A stretch of DNA of 63,840 nucleotides, filler included, from Folioceros fuciformis (taxonomy: Eukaryota): assembly GCA_049999805.1 (NCBI GenBank). It is 18 parts of 18 records of this genome, joined end to end, with 100 filler letters (N's around TTAATTAATTAA, not from the genome) between each part and the next. Parts side by side here need not be neighbours in the genome. Positions count along the whole stretch, not along the records: positions 33,176 to 40,324 come from JBNGIO010006767.1; positions 40,425 to 43,181 come from JBNGIO010006768.1; positions 43,282 to 51,009 come from JBNGIO010006769.1; positions 51,110 to 54,082 come from JBNGIO010006770.1; positions 54,183 to 57,431 come from JBNGIO010006771.1; 13 more parts are not named here. One strand, given 5' to 3'. The notes beneath the pieces were generated by a model, which saw only the letters and a list, made by a program, of their open reading frames with translations, was not told where the DNA came from and made no database searches. Both the position numbers and the translations under genes were made by a program. This document shows positions 39,481-57,531 of the stretch, piece after piece (within the stretch, counting starts at the first letter, position 1; every line of letters starts with the position of its first letter).

Positions 39481-42400
39481 AATCCAAAGGACGTCAATTA
39501 GAAAGATGAGGAATCTTACAATCACCACTGTTCTTGTCTCCGAGGTCGACAACAACACAATGGTTACACGGTTCAAGCAAGCACCTTCTTCTCGGATGCC
39601 TCCTTAGACTCCGTGTCAGAGGGATACCTGAAAGTCAAACTTCACGCTTTGATAAAACACTCAACCCCTGGGAAGGTCCAAAAGGCACAGAGCATCGCAA
39701 AATCCTACCTGATGTGCGCGGGATCTCCAGAAAACGCACTGGCATACGCAGCCTGGTTCCGTTGCATCTGCAAACAATGAAGAAGGTTACAGTCCCACCC
39801 GGCGAGTAGTTGAAACGCAGAATCCACGACAAACGCCCCGCAGACACCTACCACCTTCACTTTATAGTCCGCGCTCACGGACCTTCCCGAGGGCTGTGCT
39901 TCCGGCACATCCTTCACCTGCAAAGAGATCGTATGCGGGACTCAGTCAACGCCATCCTACCACACGCAAAGCGAAGGCCCGTCTTTCTACCGTACCCTGG
40001 ATTTGAAGAACGACAGAGCCCCGGGCTTCCACTTCTTCGAAGCCATCGAAACCCGAGAGAGAAAACCCCTGCACTCCGCTCCACTCTAAAACCAATCAGC
40101 CACCAGGAACCGCATCCTCGATAAGCTCAAGGTGCCGCCACAAGCAGCCCGGTGCCGACTTCTCCCCGCCGCTCCATCACCTCCCAGTCCATTTCCCACC
40201 GGCGCGAAGTAGCAACGACGCCACCCTCGTCTCATTCCACTATCCGATGCAGAGTTCCCGCATCTCACCACCTACCTACCACCACCAACAGTACTCTACA
40301 GTACCACCATACAGTACCTACCAANNNNNNNNNNNNNNNNNNNNNNNNNNNNNNNNNNNNNNNNNNNNTTAATTAATTAANNNNNNNNNNNNNNNNNNNN
40401 NNNNNNNNNNNNNNNNNNNNNNNNGTGTTGTGCAAAGCTGTGCTCGAGTTTCGTGTCCCTGCCCCGTCCCGCACACCGGTACGCCGTGTATATTATATTG
40501 TTTTTTCCTGCCAACGCCACATGTGCCCTAGGATAACTTTTTTTTATGTCCCTCCAAACCATAACCTAAAAAATTAATAAAATATTAAAGAGAAACAAAT
40601 ATCCGATCATATTCACCAAAAAATATTAAAATATTAAAGAGATACAAATATCCGAGGATATTCATCCAAAAAATAATTTATGTATTCACTTCAAAAAAAA
40701 TCATGAGTTTGTTCACAACAAGGCACGCGTCTAAAGTAGACCACATCCATACCAAATGAGCAATGTGGTCAAAGTATGCCTTCGCCAATAGGGAATGGCA
40801 ACCTAAGTTGGCTGAGTAAGTATGCAAGTGTATAAAAGGAATCAAATCTCGAATTAGCATATGGTATGAGTAGGAATAATCGGAACAATGAGAGAAGCAT
40901 CTCTCTTTTGCAAAAGGTATGCTCTAAGTGATACTATGGTGCACCATGTATATGGGCATTCCCTATATCAAAGGAATTCTCACTCACACTCTCTAGCCAT
41001 TGAGAACATGACATCGTAAACGAATGTATCATGTATTATGGTGATGTGTTGCGTCAATTTGTTATATAGGACCTTTGGTCATCAAAGACAACCCCGCAAT
41101 TTGGATGGACCATGGCCAAGTGGAATCTCATCATAGTGACAAAAGTTGGTGGGTAGAACTAGAAGCCAATGCAAACCACAGAGGACATAGGAATTGATGA
41201 ATCCAAAAGAAAGGCTCTTTGTTCTTTTTCCAAAATAGAGATTTAAAGACCCCATATTTTTTCTCTAGAGAAGGGAGAAGCAAAAGCATGAGCTCTCGAG
41301 CCTCCAAGGGTAAGAAGTCTCTATCTTGCCTCAAAAACACATGTGAAGGGAATGCCCTCTCCTCCACATCCAAGACCAAAACCTCCAAAAGGGGGAATCA
41401 CGAAGCAAAAATCAAGAGGCTAGAATTGGAGTAAAGAGTGCCCAGCTACTAAGAAAGGCCACTTATGCTATGGCCTCCATGGCTAGCAAATTTGAAATAA
41501 TGCCCTCAAAAGGTGATTGACAAGCTTCTTCTAGGCCAAAACTTGAAGATGTTAAGGCCTATAACAAGGTCTGATCAAAATTTGCGGGTTCCGCCATTCC
41601 GTGCTTCGCCAAATTTTGACGCTCAATTTCGTGTCAAATATCCATATTCTGGTGCATTTTTTTCCGGCGATGCGTAAATGTGGAGGAAAAGGGTGTTGCG
41701 TACCAGCACAAACATCATGTATTGTATCAATATATGCGAATTTGCAGGTGTCCTTCCATTCAAATATATGACTGAACGCAATAATCTAGTAGGTATCATG
41801 TCATTCGAGTTTTGTCTGATTTCATGTTTAGTTAAGCTATTAGGTTATCTTGTTCGAACATATTCTTGGAAATCATCACACTTGCACGTCTACCTTTATT
41901 TCCGATAAATTGTAGCATGACTATGCGCCGATATACCAGTGCACTCAATGCTACAGTGCGTTAAACCATTAAATTTCAATTACCATAATGACATGAAAGC
42001 CCTAACTTATGTTTCGTTTTGTCCACTACAAAGGGAGCAGAATAGTTCTCTAGAACTGTTTTGCGTTGTGTGGGGGGTGCAGTGCTGAAGAATCGAACAC
42101 CTGTGGTGAGGCTTGTGGGAGACTGGTAGCGCAAGTCTTTGCAAGTGTAGTTTCCTGTTTCTGGCTCTCGGGAAGTAGGGTTCGTGAAAGACAGGCAGGA
42201 GATGCAGCGTAGGCAACCAAAAGTATCGGAAGAGGAAGCCCCTAACATCCTTGGAAACAACGACGAGGAAGACAATGAGATGGCTAAGTACTCGTCAGCG
42301 GAAGATAATCTAAACGAGGCTGTGGAGATGACTCGCAATTCCAGCAAGGAAGATGCAGCAGTTGACTCCCTAGTGGAGATTACTCCACCGCGGAAGAGGG

Positions 42401-42699
42401 TGGCCTAGGTGCACTGGTCTAACGGCGCACTGGGGCAGCGGAAGCGGAAATCATTTGCATCTTCATTGAAACAACAAAAGAGGACACCCGATGAAGATTT
42501 CATATGTTTGCAGAGCTGACGGCTTTGGAGTTGTTTCTATGAAGCTCTGTGAGTTTGTATGTGCTCTGACTTCCTTCCCTAAACCGAACAATGACTATTT
42601 GTTCCCACAACAACCTCTCTGCAAAAAAAAGCAAAAGAAACCAGCAACATCTACAGCTGCACAACCCGCACATTCACAGAAGAGGAAGAAGGGCGGAGT

Positions 42700-43181
42700 A
42701 GTGCAGCTTATTAAGCCAAAGCCCACTCGAGCAGTGGAAACTGACTCTACGAGGTTTGAGAGACTGGCGCAAGATGAAGACCACTTGAATGGTATCAGAA
42801 AGAAGGCACATGCCAAGAGGATTCGGTCAACGACCTTTGACTTGCATTTTCATATTTTGCACCCTATGTCATTCATCACATCTGACGCTCAAATAAGGCA
42901 AGTTGATCAAGCTTGGATTAAGAGCTTAATTAGGTAGATGTAGGTTGAATTTGTGAAGAAAGCGATCTTGCCTCTCTTGTGTATGATTGACCCTAAGCAA
43001 GCAACAAAGAAGGATGATGTATTCCTCGACAGAATTATGGTCAGCAATACCATATGGAAATTTTGGGAGGAAACCATTGTTTTGCAGCCATGCAAAAACT
43101 CCATCAAATGTCTCGATCAGGGGATAAGTATAAGTGGATGGAGGGGCACGTTTATGCTGGGCTTACAGAGGAAGAGATGAG
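42700..43181 (+). pseudogene. ParB/sulfiredoxin-like domain remnant, probably from a transposon
   Basis: QIRQVDQAWIKSL, then after stops and a frameshift EILGGNHCFAAMQKL...VYAGLTEEE (43057-43176). Confidence 0.5.
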
Positions 43182-44999
43182 NNNNNNNNNNNNNNNNNNN
43201 NNNNNNNNNNNNNNNNNNNNNNNNNTTAATTAATTAANNNNNNNNNNNNNNNNNNNNNNNNNNNNNNNNNNNNNNNNNNNNGTACTACACATCCTCTGAC
43301 CACTCTATTGCAATCTCCTAACCACTCTATCGCAATCTCTTAACCACTCTAGTGCAAGTAACCTCATAGACCACTCTAGTGCAATATCATGAATGTGTTG
43401 GATCGCAAACTAAAATCCCAAAGCGAACATGGCCAAATTCTTCCTCTCACGCTACCATCTAAGATGCATCACTAGGAAAAGTTCGAAGAAGTTGGTACAA
43501 CGTTTACACTCAATAGTGGTGTTGTGGAGACATTGCAGAAAAGGTTGCAAGTAGGTCTCGATACCCTGCAAGCATGTAGGTGGGCATGGATTCCTTGAAG
43601 GAGACCATGTGGTAGCTCAAACCAGTAGATTGCTGAAGGGCTAGGCTGGGTTGCAGAGATCAGAAACGCTAGAGGGGGAGGGAAATAGCTATTCTGTTTA
43701 GATTGATTTTTACGTACAGTCATGATGAAATTTTGTTTTGGGCGGATGCTTTCGCCAAATCAATAGTGATTTTGTTGCACACGGATGCTGTTAGAGACTC
43801 GGTAGCACTGTTTTAGAGTGAAACTATTGCAAGGCTTCAGAGTGACGCTATTGTAGATTCTGCCTGAACGTATTCGGGGTTAGGAACGCTAGGAATTATG
43901 TACTCTACAAGTTATGAATGTGGTTGCATTGGGACTTCTTGCTATCTGCGCGGTTGCACAGCATGGAAATGAGGCATATGATTGCAATAAATCTCCTTAT
44001 GCTACCTGTGTACCCAGCACTCGCTCACCCGAATTGCTCACCAACCATTAGCTCTCATGATATAGGCCACCACTAGAGGCACCCTAGGATCAAGCTTCCC
44101 CAAGGAATTCATGACGTCTATTGGGGACTCTACATTATCTTTGCTATCAAAAAAAATTACCTGCTTCAACCTCTTGACCACACTCATTTGTAAGAAACAG
44201 CTTGGAACAAGAGAGGGAGATGGTCCATGGATAGCAGGTCCGGTTTCAGCCCTGGACAAGACCCGGTGCGGATAAGACACCAAAAGACCATGAGCAACTG
44301 ATACTCGGAGATGTACAATTAAAACAAGGTGATTTCCTCTGTCAGCCGTGGTAAGCCATACTCATCCCCGGAGGCTTCGTCGGTCACCACAGAGGCGAGG
44401 AGATGGCTTCTGTAAGTTGTATCCGAGAATTTCAGATCCTACATGCTGACACCCTGGCGTAGTAAATTTCTATGTGTGCAACCACATGCCTACTGTAGAA
44501 GTGTGAAGAAACGGACAGTTGGTCAAAACAGACGTTCCAAGGGGCGCAGGTGACTGCGTCTGCTCACGGGGGTTTACGCACAACCACGGGGAATGACTAT
44601 CCGGGGAAGTTCAGACCCGAGTTTTTTCGTGAAGCGGATGTACCCAGCAAGGGACTAGGTCAGTTCTATGTGCTGTCATGGGATTCTCACAGTTCATCTC
44701 TCAGTAGGTACCAGGGTACCTTCAATCGGGATTCCAGGCATCAGGTTTGGCTTGGATCAGCCTCGCAAGGAATCTGCATGTGTTGAACCTCAGGATGGTC
44801 CATGGCAGACAGTCCGGCCGCAAGAGCAAACAGCAATCCATGCCACATCAGAGAGCTCACGCAACTGTCGCCAATAGCTATGTATGTACACATACCTACA
44901 GCTGAACTTGCACGCTGTTACGGCAGACAAGGAGAGCCAGAGGACAGAGCACAGCGTCCCAATCACCTTCCTGGAAGCACAGACAAACACAGAGACACA

Positions 45000-45117
45000 G
45001 GCACGCTCCCTCCGCAGGTATTAACCTGTTCAGGTGCGAAGGGACTCTCTCAGCCTGTCCAAGTGCACAGCACTGGCTCACAGCCAGGCTGCAATTGGAA
45101 CAAGCACCCCCGGTGCC
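45000..45117 (-). ncRNA. TPP (thiamine pyrophosphate) riboswitch aptamer in the THIC 3'UTR
   Basis: Minus strand reads GGCAC-CGGGGGTGCTTG...CAGGCTGAGAGAGTCCCTTCGCACCTGAACAGGTTAATACCTGCGGAGGGAGC-GTGCC. It has P1 GGCAC/GTGCC, the CTGAGA motif and the P5 CAGG-TTAATA-CCTG hairpin, about 420 nt after the stop codon. Confidence 0.97.
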
Positions 45118-45537
45118 TTGTGTGATTAGCCAACTTGACCGACACGAAACAAAAGTCCATAGACACGTTCTAAAATCAAAGCTTCCAAAGATTATTACTC
45201 CTCATAGCAAATATACAGCCCTGCAATCTGACATGGATACTATCACCGGATGCAGATACGTATAACCTCATGCCAGACGCAGGGTAAAATATGAAGAGCT
45301 AGAGAAAGCTGACTATGTGCGCACACCAAAACCCGCAAGCACGGGTGAGCTGCCACAGCTCGCATGAAGGGACGTCCACTGACGTAACCTCTCTTTTGCC
45401 AACTTGCAGCTGGGGAGTTGCTGTCACCATGAGTTTCGACGTCAGTCACAACTGCACTTTGGGCAATACCAACCCCTGACAAGCCCCAGAACAAGCATAA
45501 GCCAAGAAAGTGATGGACCAACGATCCAAACCTTTCC

Positions 45538-48025
<2,488 letters not shown>

Positions 48026-48191
48026 TGCCAGGCCGCGACGAGACTGCTGAGACGAGCCGGGGCGCGACGGGAGAGTTCCACTTCACTTCACGTCACCGCA
48101 TCTCTGTGGAAAAGTGCGAGACGGGCACGGGTTTACATCTGAGGTTAAGGTGAGGCCAACTGGCTACGGTGCGCATCCAAGTACACAGTAC

Positions 48192-50173
<1,982 letters not shown>

Positions 50174-51624
50174 TCTCACGCCTTGTGCCTTTTTTCGCGC
50201 ACAGACCTAAGGAAACTTCGATTCCTCTGGCCTCTTTCCTCTTGTTCTTCAAGCACATGCTGTATGCATTGTCATTGTACAATTGTAAATGTGGAGACTA
50301 TCGGGTTTTGGCCACTTGTCGTTGTAGCGCGGTTTGTGAAAAGTGCATCGCCCAAACGGTTACACCTCTTCCGATATTTATAGTAAACCACAATATAAAA
50401 TGCGCAGGCCTTCCTTTTCCCCACAATTAAAGCACAGCGAAACAGCAACTGCCAAATTGTCCTCATTGCTTGTCTGCTCTTGTTCCGTGGCAGAGTAAAA
50501 TCTCGGTCTCCTCTTCGTGCACCTGTCAGTGCGACCTTCAACAGCATGCCCCTTTGCGGAAACAATAATATCAACAAATCTTCCACGCAGAACATGATCA
50601 AACACTTCCTCCATGTACAAACATGAAAAGTGGACAGGAAAAAAATCCTCATCCAAGCCAACTGCAATGATCGGAACCCCATTACACCGCACGCATCCCT
50701 GCGAACCGTGTCCACAGGTTAATCTTTGTGGAAGCAACGGACGTTCCTAGCTTGGTTGTCTGGCGTAGGTTCATAGCCTACATAGTCTCTGGGATGTTTT
50801 TGCTGTGAGCAAATGAACACTTCCGCCTTACTGCGGGTTTCCAAGGCCCCTGTACACAGAGATCACACCAAGCAACAGATGTGTTATGTCTGGATCAAGC
50901 AAAAAGATCACCACTTCCAAATCTAATTTTTGTCTGAAAAAAATCTGGGTAACCTCATTTGCTTCCTCCTGCAGTTAAGGCCAAAGCGCAGGAAGTGTAG
51001 AGCAATTACNNNNNNNNNNNNNNNNNNNNNNNNNNNNNNNNNNNNNNNNNNNNTTAATTAATTAANNNNNNNNNNNNNNNNNNNNNNNNNNNNNNNNNNN
51101 NNNNNNNNNGGCCTGGCCCAATGTAGTTCAAGGATGCAGCACTAAACGCTCGTTGTCCTTTTGTGTGAATTTACAATTTTTAAAGGGGGTTCAACCATCA
51201 ACATGCGAACCCTAAACCCTCAGTTTCCATCCAGTCCTTCCTGCAAATAACTGCTACGCTCCTACGTATAGCCTCCCGCTAAGCCATTTGGACGACTGGC
51301 ATGAATCCAGAAATTTGGCTGGCGTCATAGAAACTCCACGTACAGAGTGGCTCCCAAGGTTGTTTTACAGTGAGACGTAGGACTCTAAAGCTCTGCGTCC
51401 TAGTTCTTCCATACCTGAGGACCGCCATGCGTTTGACCCAACCCACGAATACAGTATACGGGTTCGTCAGAGATGACACATAGTGAGCATGGGAGAAAAG
51501 ACCAATTACGGTCAGGGTGGTGGGTGCTACATAAGTATACCGAAGCAGAGGACTCTTGGGTGAGCTCGAGTCCCAAGTGTGTAACGAGATGTTTCGAACA
51601 TGGAAAGCCACTGGTCGTTCCTCT

Positions 51625-53898
51625 TCACATGGTTTCAGAGTCGTCATCGTCTAGAGGAACTTCGTTCGGATCTACGGCACTGTTAGCGATGGGTCCCTGG
51701 TCATCCAAATTTTCCTCTTCGGCGAGTACTATTTCGTTGGGATCGCCTGTGCAGGTAGAAGTCAAAAGCAATGAAACTACAATGCCTGTTGCTTGGTCCA
51801 GTTACGTCATGCGAGCATCTAAACTAGAAACAATATTACGGCCGACTTACCAGTCAGTTCGAGAGCGGAATGTCCCCTGTTGGCCATTCTACTCCCAACA
51901 TGCGGGGTTGATTCCAGCTTGTATGGCAGTTCCAGCAACTTCAGGAAGTCTTCCGTATGAGGGTTTCTGTAATGGACTGTTGCTATCCTGAAAGATCAGA
52001 GCTTGCACAAGGGCGATTGTAGACGGGCATATCATACCGAGTACTTTGGTAGATGGAGTGGAATACCTTTAAGGGCCGGGCGGTTCTGTCTTCCCTGATT
52101 GGGATTGTGGGGCGGCGCAGTTATAGAAAAGTCATTTGGAATAACGTTGCCCTTTTCCTGCAGTCTTTGTTGCAGCCATTGTCTGTGCCCCCTCAATTCT
52201 TCCCTGGTTCTGAGGAAAGACATGATCGAGAGCAGAAGAGTTGACTTGTCAGTTCGCAGACTGTTCGTGACGCCGATGAAACCATGAGCAAGCATTCTGG
52301 CGCGGCACCCTACATTGTTTCCCAAGGTCTGCCTGAAGAATGCCTGCTCAAAGGGAAGTGGGGGTCATACGCCCTGGTAATTGCAAGCCATTCCTCATCA
52401 TATGTAAACTCAAGAGCTCCATTCGCTTCAGGAAAATCGAGCACCTGTGACCACAGGACAGAGTCATATTTGTGCTCGATGTCCCATTGCTTCCTTCCAG
52501 TTACTCATCCAAGTTTTCTTCCCTGACTTTGGTGGTTTTGAGGATCAAGAAGAGAGTCAAATGAGCAAAAAGGTATTAATAACCCTTCACAAGCCCCAGA
52601 GAAGACATCATTCCGGAAAGCTGAAGTACCCACCTGCAAAAAATCCCTTCGTGGCAGACACTTGTCCAGAGCCAAAAATCTAGTGAAGGAGCCACTAGAA
52701 TGTGGAACTACGGCAGAAAACTTGACGTGAAGATGAGCCGAGAACCAGCAAGCTGGCTTCAGTTTGTTTAAAAGTTGCTCTGCAGGAAGGCTTCCTAAAG
52801 TGTTATTCTCCACCTGGGTAACATAAGTTACTGGACACTTCAGCGCACCATTGCCACACTCGAAGATACTCTAACGAGGAAAACGCAGGTAGCCTGGCGT
52901 CAGCCCTAGAACTTAACAAGAGACAAACAATTAATCCACAACTCGTACATCCCGTTGGAAGAATGGTTTGTTCCGAAGCAGCTCTTGCTGATCTCCAAAC
53001 TTGCTGATACCTCGAGGCCAGTCGTGAGACACGAAAACGTCAATCTTTTCTTCAATGCGCATCAGCTTGTGGACATCATACGAGCGCACATGATAGATTG
53101 AGCGGATGTCATGGTGATCGTAAGGTACTCGCTCATAATGTCCTACTCAAGGCCCACTACAACAGATGAGCAAGAACCACGAGACAGTCATTACCACAAC
53201 CACCAAGGATCCAAACAATTTACTTACCTGAGTGATAGTCATGTGAACTGTAGATACCAGACAAACCACCAATGCGCAGGCCCCCGAAGTTAATCACCCC
53301 AGCGGCTCCGAGGAAGTAAATATTCCTTGCAGCCCATCCACCATAGTAACTAACCAAGTCATATCACACCACAAGACCGCAGCACAAATTAGTCCCCACT
53401 AATCCTCCGGCCACACGAAAGAGCTCACACAACACCCAAAGACTGCGTCACGAGACTTACAGCTCCCACAGATAATTGGATGCCTCGTGGTTACCTCCAA
53501 CAAAAACCGTGGGATATGGTGCAACTTTCTCGCCAGAATAATACTTCCAAAAACTGTTCATGGCACGATACTTCGGAGGACATGCTAGGGACTCGAGATC
53601 CTCCTGGTTCCGAACAGCCTGCAAAAAAAAAAACCCTAATGAGTGCTGCACTGAAGCACAAAATGCCAACTTCCACCACCAACCTCACCTGGAAGTCTCC
53701 ACAGCAAATGAGGAGATCAATTTTGATCTGCTCCGCACGCTCCAAATGCTGCAGCGTGGCATAAATGCTGTCCAGAGCTCCATGAGCGCAACCCTCCACT
53801 GCAATCTGGAGGCCGAGTCAGCCCTGAGACCGAGACCGGGAGCAGGCAAGCCGAAACTAGAATGCTGCACAACGTAGGCAGAGGGTGGCCACCTTCAT
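51625..53898 (-). CDS. DBR1: RNA lariat debranching enzyme, multi-exon
   Basis: [68 protein letters not shown], and an acidic DPNEI tail. Confidence 0.95.
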
Positions 53899-54182
53899 CC
53901 TGCTCAGCTGCAGCCAAGTCGATATATTTGCGTTTGCCGAACCACGAATCACGCTCCAGTCGGAGGATCGAGGGAGCCTGTGGGATTCGGGCCAGCCGAA
54001 GTTCCACAACCCGGGGTTTTAAATAGGTTGGCGTGTGGCTTGTCGGAAACTACACCTGTAGGGTTAGTTGGCCCTTTTTGGCNNNNNNNNNNNNNNNNNN
54101 NNNNNNNNNNNNNNNNNNNNNNNNNNTTAATTAATTAANNNNNNNNNNNNNNNNNNNNNNNNNNNNNNNNNNNNNNNNNNNN

Positions 54183-54651
54183 GCCTGCAAGGATCCAATC
54201 TACACCAAAACTCACACCACATTGTGGTATTGCAAAACAAACACCTATCTTCTGATTCATTCACTACATTTAATTCTTGGTTAAGTATAAGTTGTCTATT
54301 TTCTTGTTCTCTTTCCGTCATTTTCTTCATGACTTCCTTCTTATGCTCATCAAGCATCTTCTCTAATTCAGCTTCTACGTCTGCATTAGTTCCTTCCATT
54401 TTATTATTTGGGTCATGAACTTGTTGTGGGGAGCCATCTAGGGTCCAACAGGTTCGGCAAATTGCACATCGTTTTTCAAATTCTGGTTCCATTTTATCTT
54501 CATCTTCATCTTTCACTTTACTAAAAAACCACTTGGCTATGCAAGATGCATGGAATCCATGCTTGCAAGGATGCAAATACACCCAGGTTTCATTTACAAA
54601 TAATTCTGTACAAAGAATACAGTCATCATTATTCTCATCCACTGGATCCAT
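54183..54651 (-). CDS. AT-rich intronless protein with tandem RING fingers, 3'-truncated
   Basis: RING-H2 (CILC...PCKHGFHASC..W...CAICR), a charged linker, then a second CLFC...LDPC. Confidence 0.75.
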
Positions 54652-55633
54652 TTCTCCTCAATTTCTTGTTTGAAATATTTATCTAGCTTTTAATCAATTT
54701 CTTATGTGCAAGATAGAACACATTTTAGGATGGTTCTTGTTTGGAATCTAAAAACTTTTTTGGTTGATTATATAACATGTATTAATTTTATTTTTATTTT
54801 AAAGACATAAAATTTCAGATCAATTTCTTATTGAGACATAAGAGCAACAAGTCAAGACATTAAAATGAACTCTATACTTGGATGATATTGGATAAATCTA
54901 ATCAGACCGCGTTATTGCATGGAAACACTTTCTTGATTGCTTGATACTCATGTTACTTATAATTAATACTTAGGGTTTTTAAATTAAATTAAATAATTTA
55001 AAAAAAACAGGTTAGGATATTTAGGCCATCTATTATCTATCTAATAAGTGACTTCAAAGGTATTCAGGACTACAATTTTACCTCTTATTTATGATTATAT
55101 ATCATGAATATTTAAAATATATTAAAGGTTTAACTCAGTACGTAATAAAATTTAATTATATCATTCATATATTCTTTATATTTTATTATATCATGAAAAA
55201 TAAAATTAATAAGGAAGGGCATTTATGGCGTACGTGTTCCCTTATAAATCTCAAGATGGCGTTGTGTGGGGTTCGATTAACCTCATTCTCTACTGTGTGT
55301 AGGGTTTGAGTAATTAACCTAAACCTAATCCGTGTCCACTGAAAGGGTTTCGTTCGCTCAAACGTTTAAAACACAAAGGCTTTGCTCATTGGTCGTTAAT
55401 AGAGACGTCACTCACGTAACCTGACAGCCATCACTTCCAGATGAAATTTATTGGGCTATCTGTGGGCTACCCTAGGATCATGCAAGAGTACGAAGGACTG
55501 AGCGTCAAGGAATTTCTGGTACAGGGAATACTTACTAGTTCACTATCGTAATGATAATCTGGCCGGAAACGTTAAGCCCCATGGGAACAAATAAACAAAT
55601 AAAGAAGGTACATCCGTTGAGAAACGACGCATA

Positions 55634-57431
55634 TTAGAGCCTATGGCTGGGGTTCTGTTCCCCGGACCAGGGGACATGATACGGAGCCGGAAACGGGCCC
55701 TGACTTGCCAGATTTCGGCAGTCCCTGCTGGCCAGATCCTGAAGTTCATCAATGACAGCCTGATAGATGAAACGGTATTGCTCCTGAAATCAGTAGCCCA
55801 AAACAGTCAGTTCACCGCATAGACCAGATCAGGCTTCATGACCGGAGAACCTGAAAAAAGGGACGTGGGGAGGGGTGTATGTACTTACCGAAGTCTGCAC
55901 CAGCCCTGCACGAAAATTCCTGAACTGGGCAACTGTGTTTTGAATGTCAACTGCAGTGAGATCACCATTCAGAATTCGATTTACTGTGCTGCTGATGACG
56001 ATGAAGGTGCCAGTCCTTCCTATGCCGGCACTGCAATTCATCAGGCAGACAGCAGTTCAAGATATCCAGATTCGCACATTGGAATGACACTTGACACAGA
56101 CAGATTTTCCACACAGCAATTCACCTGCAGTGCACTACAAAGGGACCGGCATCTTTTGGAAACTGGTATAAGTTTCTTAGGATTTCCCGCACTGGGCCTG
56201 TGGAGCGGGGTACACCATGATCTGGCCAAGCCAGATATTCGAAGTGCACAACCGAAAAAGGTGGTTCCACATTCTTAGACAGCACACGACAGCAAGCTAG
56301 TCAGTGTTGGCTATTCAAACCGCGGTTTAGAATCAGGTGTAGGCTAGTAAGTCACTCAGGAAAGGGTAACACAATGAACAAGTGATGGGCCCAGTCACGA
56401 GCTTACCGAAGTGTCTTGTACTTCATATGTCCGAAGGGTGATGGGATTTGTGCATCGTTCAACACTTCTGTTGGTCACTCGAATGCGTCCAAAAACTGCC
56501 GACTCACCAACGTTCAGAGGAAAGTAGAGAGCTTGTGTCTCCTGCAGCCGTCAAGAAAACCGTGAGATAGAATGGAGCGGCGCGCACCACGGTAGTAAAC
56601 GTTTGTTTAAAACATTGTGAGCAGATGAGATCCGAGTACTCTGTGGTCATCTTCATGCCGCGATATCATAACGATTGCCGGACTGTGCTGCTGAAACACC
56701 ATTTCCCAAAAGTCCTGCACAGTTGCCTTCAGAGGGGCCTGCGTGGCGATGTACCTGGGTAACCCGTCCACGGCATCGTCCTGCCGAGCACAAACCTCAA
56801 GGTTGATGATGATCGGTTACAATAGCAATCTTGCATGACTGGATTAGCTCTGCGTGTAAGGGATACTGCACTGACCACTACATGAGAGGCGTTGATGTAA
56901 TCGGCAGAGGAAGAAGAAGACAGCCCTCCGTGTGTCACAAGTACAACCCTGGAGTCATCGACTGGATTGAGGAAAACGTAGTCAAGGACGACTGCATCCT
57001 GAATTCATTGAGAAGTAACCGACGACACATCCCATGTGTCCAACCATCCTGACATAAAACAAGTGACATAAAAAGATACAGGGAAGAACATTCATGTATC
57101 GGTTCTTCTTCTCGTTCGCATTTTGCTCTGCCACAGAGTAAGCTTTCCCCAACGCTTGAACATCTGACTGGCAAGCACAACAAGAGGTACGTCACAGAGC
57201 TGCACCAGTGCAGCGCATTGGAAAAAACCCAATCTGCGGGAGACTCTTACGGCAGCTCATCGACAATTGCCCACCAAATCAGCAGATCTGATATAGTAGC
57301 AGCATTGCGCATGCTGCCATCCAATCCCCCAACATCATCTGATGACCTGGATGTCGATTTTCCTCCAGGTACGGGAAGGGCTCCTATAGTGTAATCAATC
57401 CCAAATGTGCATAAATCACTGGAATCTCGGA
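55634..57431 (-). CDS. PTP1: Classical protein tyrosine phosphatase, multi-exon; 5' end unresolved
   Basis: [46 protein letters not shown] and LVQT|EQYRF. Confidence 0.92.
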
Positions 57432-57531
57432 NNNNNNNNNNNNNNNNNNNNNNNNNNNNNNNNNNNNNNNNNNNNTTAATTAATTAANNNNNNNNNNNNN
57501 NNNNNNNNNNNNNNNNNNNNNNNNNNNNNNN

